From a virus (taxonomy: Duplodnaviria > Heunggongvirae > Uroviricota > Caudoviricetes): a DNA stretch of 64,000 bases. This document shows, piece by piece, positions 57,203-64,000 of the stretch (position 1 is the first letter of the stretch; every line of letters begins with the position of its first letter). A program made the position numbers and the translations under genes. Location of the stretch: the IMG/VR virus record IMGVR_UViG_3300043399_000676. One strand, written 5' to 3'. The notes beneath the pieces are model-generated. The model saw only the letters and a program-made list of their open reading frames with translations. It did not search any database and was not told the DNA's origin.

Positions 57203-57238
57203 AAATGTTTCAACCTTGGAAAACTATGTCTCTATTTA

Positions 57239-57487
57239 TTAGAGACTAGCTGCTAATGCACGATATCCTGCTGCAATTAGCTCACGAGAAGGAGTCACCA
57301 ATTCATACTTTGTAGTGATTCTACCCTTTGAATCAGTGTATTGGTTAGTGTCGATAGCATAGCCACTGTACCTAAGATTACTAATAGTTGCAGTAGGATT
57401 TGCAATTTTAAATCGTGCGGCAATTTGCTTTGCAGTCAGTTTTTCACCCGAAGTTAGTGCTTCTAATAGACGTTGTTGTTTGTTCAT
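57239..57487 (-). CDS. winged HTH DNA-binding protein
   Basis: LTAKQIAARF.IANPTATISNLR..GY. Confidence 0.75.
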   Translation of the reverse strand: MNKQQRLLEALTSGEKLTAKQIAARFKIANPTATISNLRYSGYAIDTNQYTDSKGRITTKYELVTPSRELIAAGYRALAASL

Positions 57488-57495
57488 AAAAATTC

Positions 57496-57563
57496 CTTTC
57501 TATATAAATGTCTACTTCTCAGTAGAGTGATACTATTATATAGAAAGTGAGAATCATTTTCAA
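57496..57563 (-). promoter_or_regulatory. sigma70-type promoter with an inverted repeat reaching the RBS
   Basis: Minus strand TTGAAA-17-TATAAT; CTTTCTATATAA/TTATATAGAAAG. Confidence 0.55.
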
Positions 57564-57564
57564 A

Positions 57565-57948
57565 CTATTTGGATGCCACAGACGTAATGTGCTTGCATGA
57601 CTTTCTCCATTGAAAGCCCTGACAAGTGCAAGTATACGAACCTTTAGCGCGGGTAACAGTATAACTGTCGCCCTTTGACCCCTTGACGTTGAACACTTGA
57701 ACATCGTCAGGAACATCGGTAGCAGAACCACTAATCAGTTGCAGGTCAGTAACGTTTTCGACTGCAATGACACGAATCGGAAAGTCTGCATCACCAGTGA
57801 TGCAGAACTCGCCTGCTTTAACCCATTTGTAGGGTTTGACAACTTTACCAGTGTACTCGATAAAGTCGGGTTGAGGGGGAAACATCTTAGGACCTTGCGA
57901 ATACCTAACACGGATTTTGACTTGACTATCAACAGTAGGAATCTTCAC
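57565..57948 (-). CDS. SWIM zinc-finger protein
   Basis: GSKGDSYTV..CTCQGF..SCKHI. Confidence 0.8.
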   Translation of the reverse strand: MKIPTVDSQVKIRVRYSQGPKMFPPQPDFIEYTGKVVKPYKWVKAGEFCITGDADFPIRVIAVENVTDLQLISGSATDVPDDVQVFNVKGSKGDSYTVTRAKGSYTCTCQGFQWRKSCKHITSVASK

Positions 57949-58340
57949 GAATCATCCTCTTCACAGAAATAACGAAAGTCCTCCCAGCTACCCGAAAACA
58001 TCAGATTTTTGGGATTTTTTACTTCGACACGTTTTTTATAGATATGATATTCGAAGTCTTGCCAATGATCTGATCCTGGATTGCAATGAACGATATAGAC
58101 ACCGCCAACCCCTTGTTTTTGGTGTGCAATCAGTTGTGCAGCAAGGCATCCCATTCCATTAGCTACGATACCTGACTCATCACCAGGAGAAAATCCGTTG
58201 ACGATATCGATAGGTTGAAGGAACTTTGCAATGTCCGCACCTAGCCCAGATGGATAACCATCGTACTGATAGTACATACATACTAATGGGCGAGGTTTAT
58301 CTTCATCCGAATAAATATAAACCAATGCTCTAGTGCCCAA
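57945..58340 (-). CDS. hypothetical phage protein
   Basis: MGTR..Y.QYDGYPSG..NGMGCLAAQ; AGGAG SD, TTG start. Confidence 0.7.
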   Translation of the reverse strand: MGTRALVYIYSDEDKPRPLVCMYYQYDGYPSGLGADIAKFLQPIDIVNGFSPGDESGIVANGMGCLAAQLIAHQKQGVGGVYIVHCNPGSDHWQDFEYHIYKKRVEVKNPKNLMFSGSWEDFRYFCEEDDS

Positions 58341-58368
58341 AATTGATCTCCTACGAACTGTAGATTAC

Positions 58369-58397
58369 AGTATAGTACAAATAGGAATTGTTGTCAA
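58369..58397 (-). promoter_or_regulatory. sigma70 early promoter
   Basis: CGG-TTGACA-17-TATACT. Confidence 0.8.
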
Positions 58398-58403
58398 CCG
58401 AAT

Positions 58404-58997
58404 TTAGACTCTTTTTGCCAGAATGGCGTCTGCTAGTCCATATTCTACTGCTTCGGCTGCTGACAGGAAATAATCACGATCCATATCTCGTTCAAGTTCT
58501 GCAAAGGACTTACCTTTCGTGTTGTGTTGAACGTAAATCTCAGTTAAAAGTTTTTTCAACTTCATGATTTCCTTGTATGAAATTTCGATGTCACTAGCCA
58601 TACCTCGTGCGCCGCCACTAGGCTGATGAATCATTGTCCTAGAGTTGGGTAGAACGTAGCGTTTGCCTTTTGCACCTGCTTGTGCTAAAAGACTTCCCAT
58701 CGAACATGCTTGTCCGATCACAATGGTTGATACATCGGGCTTGATGAACTGCATAGTGTCATAAATTGCCATGCCCGCAGTAACTACTCCACCTGGCGAG
58801 TTGATATATAAATTGATGTCCTTAGTTGAATCTTCGCTTTCTAGAAAAAGCAGTTGAGCAACAATTAGGTTAGCCATATGGTCATCGATTGGACCTTCTA
58901 ACATAATAAGACGATCCCGCATTAACCTTGAATAAAGGTCATAACTGCGTTCACCACGGGAAGTTTGTTCGACTACGATAGGTACTAGACTTGACAT
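58404..58997 (-). CDS. clpP: Clp protease proteolytic subunit
   Basis: [33 protein letters not shown]. Confidence 0.96.
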   Translation of the reverse strand: MSSLVPIVVEQTSRGERSYDLYSRLMRDRLIMLEGPIDDHMANLIVAQLLFLESEDSTKDINLYINSPGGVVTAGMAIYDTMQFIKPDVSTIVIGQACSMGSLLAQAGAKGKRYVLPNSRTMIHQPSGGARGMASDIEISYKEIMKLKKLLTEIYVQHNTKGKSFAELERDMDRDYFLSAAEAVEYGLADAILAKRV

Positions 58998-58999
58998 AA

Positions 59000-59046
59000 G
59001 ATCTCCTTGAAAACTATATTATACAGGTTGTTTTCAAGGAGATCAA
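59000..59046 (-). promoter_or_regulatory. sigma70-type promoter inside a 15-bp inverted repeat covering the clpP RBS
   Basis: GATCTCCTTGAAAAC/GTTTTCAAGGAGATC; minus strand TTGATC-17-TATAAT. Confidence 0.65.
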
Positions 59047-59050
59047 CAGA

Positions 59051-60574
59051 TTACTTGCGTTTTTCTCTACCAACCGACTTTGATTTTTCCCGTTTGCCTA
59101 ACATTGGGTCAACTATTCGGGTAGCTATGTCGGCTAAAGGCTCAGATGGTTCAGATATTTCAGGATCACTATTAGGTACGTTTGCTGGTTTGTCAGAACC
59201 TTTGTCAATCTTGAAAGTTAGATTCCCGTTTATACCAGTGCTATAGTGCGTTTTATCCGCAGTCAAGTAAACACCCTTGATGTTATTGCTAGGGTACACT
59301 GCGTCGAACTTTTGCAAAGTCCATTCAGCTTTGCTTTTAGTGGCCTTGGTATATACTTGAACTAGCGCACTATTGTTTAGTATTTCGGCGGCAGCTTTAC
59401 TAAAGTTAGTGTTTTCATTTACTTCACGAACCGCCTTATGGGCGATTGCAGCTAGTAAGTGATGAAACAAAGAGACATTATCGGTGTTATTTTTTAACGT
59501 CCTTTCTTTTGCTAACTTCCTTAACCTAGGAGTAAGCAACCTTAACTTATCTAAGTTCTCTAAGTTTATTGGAGATTGTCCTTTTAAAGAACGGACAATC
59601 TCTGCCTCTTCTTCACTAATTACTTTGAACTTGACTCCTAAAAATAAAGGAGAATTAGCCTGCCCCTGATTTTTTATTTCTTCGATAAGTTCAATTACCT
59701 CTCTATGCTTTTTAAGTAGACGATTTCCTCTCTCTGTAAGCTTGAGTTCTTCGATACTGTCGAGAATATTAGAAACACTAGCAGTAGCTCCTTTTCCTCC
59801 CTTGCTACTTACCTTGATTTGCCTTCCATCAGGCAACTCTAAAACCGAATCACTCAATCCTGCTGTTTTTGAGGAGTCGAATGAGATAGTTGCACCTTCT
59901 ACTGACCCATCAAAAAATAGATCAATCGCTTCTTGAGCGTTTCCAGTAGTTAGCCCGTTTAAAATTGCAATGGGCTGAAGAATTTCACAGAAATAGTCCC
60001 TAAATGCAGTAAAGCTGACCTCTTCTTCTTCTGGTGCATTGAAGGACAAAGGAAGCTCTTCGCCCAATGCTACACGATGAGCAACGTAGTAAAGAGGGCT
60101 ATCAGTTCCTAATTTGCTGACAGCAAGTTGATTCATTACATCAGCAATACTTAAATCAATACGATTAGTCAAAAGATCCTGAGGAGTTAAACCAGATTGT
60201 GATTTAACTGCTGACTTTGACGCTAAACTGTAATCACCGACTTTGTTAGGAAATGCATTGGCTGTTTTTAATGGGTTGATCTTTTGAAGGAATCTACCAA
60301 ACAAAACTTCATTTCCATCCTCGTCTGTAAAACTTGCAATACCAAATCCTCCCATACCAGCAGTCAAGTTGTTTTCCCAAGTTATATCTAAGAATTGACT
60401 TACCGCTTCTTCCATGTCTTCAGGGGAAAATTTTCCTCCCCCTTCAGGATAGAATTCTATATTGTTAAACGTTAATTGTTTCCCCTCTGGGTTCTTGAAG
60501 ACATCACCTGGCTTTCTATTAGCCATTCCTTTGCTTTCAACAAGCAGGTCTAAAATATTCATTAAATCACGCAT
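59051..60574 (-). CDS. late protein with possible PD-(D/E)xK nuclease domain
   Basis: YFCEIL..GLSDS..IKVSSKG; ATAAATA 7 nt upstream of the ATG. Confidence 0.45.
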   Translation of the reverse strand: MRDLMNILDLLVESKGMANRKPGDVFKNPEGKQLTFNNIEFYPEGGGKFSPEDMEEAVSQFLDITWENNLTAGMGGFGIASFTDEDGNEVLFGRFLQKINPLKTANAFPNKVGDYSLASKSAVKSQSGLTPQDLLTNRIDLSIADVMNQLAVSKLGTDSPLYYVAHRVALGEELPLSFNAPEEEEVSFTAFRDYFCEILQPIAILNGLTTGNAQEAIDLFFDGSVEGATISFDSSKTAGLSDSVLELPDGRQIKVSSKGGKGATASVSNILDSIEELKLTERGNRLLKKHREVIELIEEIKNQGQANSPLFLGVKFKVISEEEAEIVRSLKGQSPINLENLDKLRLLTPRLRKLAKERTLKNNTDNVSLFHHLLAAIAHKAVREVNENTNFSKAAAEILNNSALVQVYTKATKSKAEWTLQKFDAVYPSNNIKGVYLTADKTHYSTGINGNLTFKIDKGSDKPANVPNSDPEISEPSEPLADIATRIVDPMLGKREKSKSVGREKRK

Positions 60575-60594
60575 AGTGAACTATTTATCTAAAG

Positions 60595-61056
60595 TTAAAC
60601 TTTAAAAAAGTTCTGGTGCTCAAACCATTTTTTGGCGCAATAGCTTATTTTTAGAGGGATATTATGCACAAGCATTCGTTCTTTAAACGAGAAGAAAGTA
60701 GGGCCATGATTCATGAAATCTTTTTTCCCTTTCGTTGGTCCTAGTATCTCATATTGATATTGGTGACATAACTCATGTGCGAGGATCATAAGAGTCCATT
60801 GAGGACAAAACCATTTATCAGACAGCGTTATTTGACAATTTTGATTACCAAAGCACATTCCCCAATATCCTCTACATCTTGTCCTTAGTTGTATACTAGG
60901 TGTTGAGAGTTCCGAATTGAATATGGTTTGGTTCAGCAGTTCAAACATATGAAAGATATCTTTGTACTCGGGTCTATACTTTCTTCTGTATTGATCTGTT
61001 TTAGGGGGCAACGGAGAACTCATTATTTCTTTCAAATTCATCGATTGGATCATCAA
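60595..61056 (-). CDS. SprT-like metallopeptidase
   Basis: LNQTIFNSEL, LAHELCHQYQ, HGPTF; start may be MNLKEIM. Confidence 0.75.
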   Translation of the reverse strand: MMIQSMNLKEIMSSPLPPKTDQYRRKYRPEYKDIFHMFELLNQTIFNSELSTPSIQLRTRCRGYWGMCFGNQNCQITLSDKWFCPQWTLMILAHELCHQYQYEILGPTKGKKDFMNHGPTFFSFKERMLVHNIPLKISYCAKKWFEHQNFFKV

Positions 61057-61104
61057 ATATTTATATAGAGGGAACGAAAAATAAATAGTTTACAAGGAGA
61101 AAAC

Positions 61105-61338
61105 ATGTTTAAATTTATCAAGAAGTTTTTCGAGAAAAAAGAGCAATCACAGGATGAGTTAGCACCCTATAAGATCGAGCCACCGCCTGTAGCTGCACCT
61201 TCCCCAGTTGAAGCGGAAAGTAAGCCTCCTAGAAAAAGAAGAACCACAGTTGCGAAGCAACCGACTAAACCTGAACCTTCAAAGCCGAAAGCAATGAAGC
61301 CAAGAACACCAAAGAAACCAAAAGCTACCGAAAAATGA
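61105..61338 (+). CDS. Pro/Lys-rich hypothetical protein
   Basis: ATAAATA and AAGGAG upstream. Confidence 0.6.
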   Translation: MFKFIKKFFEKKEQSQDELAPYKIEPPPVAAPSPVEAESKPPRKRRTTVAKQPTKPEPSKPKAMKPRTPKKPKATEK

Positions 61339-62033
61339 AATTGGGATTCGATGTTATTAGCGACCTGTACTTAACCGACAACTCATTTGATTGGGACGGA
61401 AAAGTAACAAGTCTATTTTGTTTAGTATGTGGAAATATAAGCAATGACCTTAGTATAGTTGATGATGTACTGACTAAGTTAAGTAAAGTTTATAACAAGG
61501 TATTCTTCATTGAAGGTTCTTTGGAGCACAAAGATTTGTTCAATCATATGGGAACTATTACGACAATTGAACAGATATGCAGTAATCTAGAAAACGTGAT
61601 ATATCTTTATGACAACGTAGCTATCCTAAATGGAATTGCGATTGTAGGATGCAATGGTTGGTATGGAAACGTAGTAGTAAATGAGGATGAAGATAGTCTC
61701 CTAAATTTAAGTATGCTAAACTTTCAAGATTTGGTATACCTAACCAACACTATAAAGAAACTTCAACTATATAACGATGTAGAACAGATTATAGTAGTTA
61801 CTAGTAGTATACCGAGTAAAGGAGTTTGTCTTGAAGACAACGGTGATCTTTCTGATTTAGCACCGTATCCTGCATTTAGTTTAACCTTCGATACGGAACA
61901 TAAGGTTTCTACTTGGGTGTTTGGATCATACGATAAAATGATAAACGCCATCGGAGACGATGGCGTTAAGTATGTAAACAATGGGTGTTTTAATGCAAAC
62001 CCATATTGGGCAAAGCGAATAGAGTTAGATTAA
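61335..62033 (+). CDS. degenerate metallophosphoesterase-fold protein
   Basis: ISDLY, CGNIS, IEGSLEH, WVFGS in place of DLH/GD/GNHE/GH. Confidence 0.6.
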   Translation: MKLGFDVISDLYLTDNSFDWDGKVTSLFCLVCGNISNDLSIVDDVLTKLSKVYNKVFFIEGSLEHKDLFNHMGTITTIEQICSNLENVIYLYDNVAILNGIAIVGCNGWYGNVVVNEDEDSLLNLSMLNFQDLVYLTNTIKKLQLYNDVEQIIVVTSSIPSKGVCLEDNGDLSDLAPYPAFSLTFDTEHKVSTWVFGSYDKMINAIGDDGVKYVNNGCFNANPYWAKRIELD

Positions 62034-62338
62034 GCGTCTTGTTCGATTCTTACTACTAAGGGGTAACCTTTGCTACGAGCATCAATGGTTACCTCAATTC
62101 CTTTTTGTTCTGCAATTTCATACGGAAGAACTGCTACCACTGCACTACCTTCTTCATGAATCCCAGTCGTAATATTTTCGGCTGTTTCATAAGAATAGTC
62201 GAAGTAATTAACTAAGCTTTCAATAACGTAATCCATTGTAGTTTTGTCATCATTCATGTAGACAACCTTGAACATTGGAGGTTCTGTGATGCTTAGGTTA
62301 GGCTTAATTCTAGTTTTAATGTCCGATTTTGTAGTCAT
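62030..62338 (-). CDS. clpS: N-degron adaptor ClpS
   Basis: PPMFKVVYMNDDKTTMDYV, IHEEG, EIAEQK, YPL. Confidence 0.9.
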   Translation of the reverse strand: MTTKSDIKTRIKPNLSITEPPMFKVVYMNDDKTTMDYVIESLVNYFDYSYETAENITTGIHEEGSAVVAVLPYEIAEQKGIEVTIDARSKGYPLVVRIEQDA

Positions 62339-62398
62339 TTTTTTCCCTATCTAAGATGAGAGGGGAGAATCCCCTCTCGTAGTTGTTACACTATTATA

Positions 62399-62839
62399 TT
62401 ATTTAGTGTAGGTGATTGCAATTTTCTTGGGTTTTTCTTCTTCCGGAACAACTCTTTCAAAGTTGATCGTCAGAATCCCGTTTGCCATTTCGGCATTAGT
62501 TACTTTGATATTATCGTAGATAGGCCACGATAGTGAAAAGGATCTAGAACTAATACCCCTATACAGATACTGTGGTTTAGGTTCTTCGTCTGAGTGAGAC
62601 TGTGTTCCTTTAACCACAAGTTGATTACGTTCAACTTGAACTTCGATGTCGCCTTCTTTGAATCCAGCAACTGCCATCTGAATAGCGAATTGATCTTGGT
62701 CGATCTTCAATACGTTATACGGAGGATACGTAGGATTCTTTTGAATAGAACGGCTTAGTTCATCAAATAGAGATTCAAACCCTAACGCAAACCGATGAAT
62801 CTCAGGTAGGTTAAGCGAACGCAATGATAGATTTGTCAT
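62399..62839 (-). CDS. small heat shock protein (IbpA-like Hsp20)
   Basis: YPPYNV, AVAGF, YLYRGIS.RSF, NGIL.I, PEEEKPKKIAI. Confidence 0.92.
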   Translation of the reverse strand: MTNLSLRSLNLPEIHRFALGFESLFDELSRSIQKNPTYPPYNVLKIDQDQFAIQMAVAGFKEGDIEVQVERNQLVVKGTQSHSDEEPKPQYLYRGISSRSFSLSWPIYDNIKVTNAEMANGILTINFERVVPEEEKPKKIAITYTK

Positions 62840-62912
62840 GTGTTTTCTCCTTTATAATAAGCAAGTTATGACATAAATGAGGCCTCACCATGAGCACCTC
62901 ATATCTATTTAT
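62840..62912 (-). promoter_or_regulatory. late promoter and ROSE-like RNA thermometer leader
   Basis: TATAAATA; ATGAGG..CCTCAT stem; CTTGCT-loop-AGGAG. Confidence 0.5.
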
Positions 62913-62945
62913 ACTACTTTACGGCAGTATAGTATACTATTTTGG

Positions 62946-63167
62946 TTAAAAATTCTTCTTAGGGACTGTTTGATCCCTAAGATACTTTTTCCATCTACGA
63001 ATAGCTTGGTTCTTTGCCATTTTCTTTTTCGTAGTTGGTTTTATAAACTCCTGACGTTCTTTTACTTCTTGCAGTAGACCTGCGTCTGCAACTGTCTTTT
63101 TAAACTTTCGCAGAGCGCGGTCAACGTTGTCGTCATGTACTGTTACTTTTAGTCCCTTTATTAACAT
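62946..63167 (-). CDS. rpsU: ribosomal protein bS21
   Basis: V.DDNVDRALRKFKK....G.LQEVKERQEFIKPTTKKK. Confidence 0.88.
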   Translation of the reverse strand: MLIKGLKVTVHDDNVDRALRKFKKTVADAGLLQEVKERQEFIKPTTKKKMAKNQAIRRWKKYLRDQTVPKKNF

Positions 63168-64000
63168 AATGCTGTTGGTGTTATCACCTTCTCCTTATCG
63201 ATATTTAGCACTCTTAGTCCTTGATCGTAGTATTTTTTAACGTTAAACATATGCTGCATTAGAACCTTTTCAAGTTCTTCGTGCAACCCCCTAGCACCTG
63301 TTTTATGCTTTAACGTATTTTCCGCTATCAATTCAATTGCCTCGTCCGTAAATGACAACTGAATTTCATCTATACTAAACAGGTGTTTATATTGCAATAT
63401 ATAGTTATTCTTGACTTCAGTCAAGATGTGAACCATGTCATCCTTTGTAAGTTCATTTATGCTCACCTTTGTCGCAAACCTACCTACGAATTCAGGAATC
63501 ATTCCAAATTTTAACAGGTCATCTGTAGTGACGTATTTGAGATTGCCGGCGACGTTTTCGATTTTAGATGGAGCATTAAACCCTATAGTAACCTCATTCA
63601 TTCTTTCTGCAATGACTTCAGTCAACCCTGCAAAGGCTCCACCTGCAATAAAAAGAATATTGGTCGTGTCAATTTCTATTACTTCATTGGTAGATTGTTT
63701 CTTTGATGTCTTAGTAACAGGTAATCTACACTTAGTTCCTTCTATTAACTTTAAGAGACCCTGCTGAACTCCCTCGCCCGAGATATCTCTACCTGCACTA
63801 TTTCTAGCCTGTTTCTTTGCAATCTTGTCAATCTCATCGATGAAAACGATTCCTCGCTCAGTTCGTTCTTTGCTTCCTCCCGATGCATTAAAAAGCATAC
63901 CAATGATACTCTCGACATCATCCCCTACGTAACCTGCTTCAGTTAATCCAGTGGCATCGGCGACTACAAAAGGAACATTTAGGTATTTGGCTATAGTCTT
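63161..64000 (-). CDS. clpX: ClpX ATPase (partial; 5' end lies beyond the window)
   Basis: Open to 64000: ADATGLTEAGYVGDDVE, FIDEIDKI, RDISGEGVQQGLLK, IGF loop, TGARGL. Confidence 0.95.
   Translation of the reverse strand, partial: KTIAKYLNVPFVVADATGLTEAGYVGDDVESIIGMLFNASGGSKERTERGIVFIDEIDKIAKKQARNSAGRDISGEGVQQGLLKLIEGTKCRLPVTKTSKKQSTNEVIEIDTTNILFIAGGAFAGLTEVIAERMNEVTIGFNAPSKIENVAGNLKYVTTDDLLKFGMIPEFVGRFATKVSINELTKDDMVHILTEVKNNYILQYKHLFSIDEIQLSFTDEAIELIAENTLKHKTGARGLHEELEKVLMQHMFNVKKYYDQGLRVLNIDKEKVITPTALC

Noticed and set aside
1176-63767. Many antisense or alternate-frame ORFs in the track (e.g. 1991-2320, 30842-31279, 43605-44030, 44228-44935, 51547-52032, 52207-52704, 54893-55360)
   Set aside because: They overlap well-supported genes, and show no SD or recognisable motifs
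1-64000. Stop-codon reassignment
   Set aside because: Conserved genes are full length in the standard code, and TAA, TGA and TAG all end genes
54295-64000. Bacterial chromosome or prophage-host junction
   Set aside because: Host-like genes are interspersed with phage ORFs and TAAATA promoters and lack bacterial operon context

Overview
64 kb of an AT-rich, densely coding large (probably jumbo) T4-like myophage genome read in the standard genetic code. Evidence for phage origin: family B DNA polymerase, gp45-like clamp, T4-type RNase H, ATP-dependent ligase, TAAATA late promoters and consensus sigma70 early promoters. Layout: (1) 0.1-23 kb late region of enzymes and multidomain proteins (nucleotidyltransferases, five ADP-ribosyltransferase-like paralogs, three amidoligases, a kinase, Dps, GGCT), most starting with an M-[KR]-x-x-E-[FIL]...E peptide resembling the T4 capsid-targeting sequence, with hydrophobic-x-E sites between domains. 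This suggests a head-packaged, protease-processed set of injected effectors. (2) 23-40 kb replication genes plus a 7-deazaguanine DNA-modification cluster (DpdA-like, DpdL-like, FolE, QueD, QueE; no QueC in this window) with two glycosyltransferases, an epimerase and two GIY-YIG homing endonucleases. (3) 40-52 kb early region of small ORFs in repeated promoter cassettes. (4) 52-64 kb minus-strand host-like genes (SOD, IF1, dCMP deaminase, ClpP, ClpS, Hsp20, bS21, ClpX). Non-coding signals include a structured RNA candidate, promoter/RBS hairpins, a ROSE-like thermometer and apparently leaderless late genes. All functional calls come from motif recognition by eye; no searches were run.
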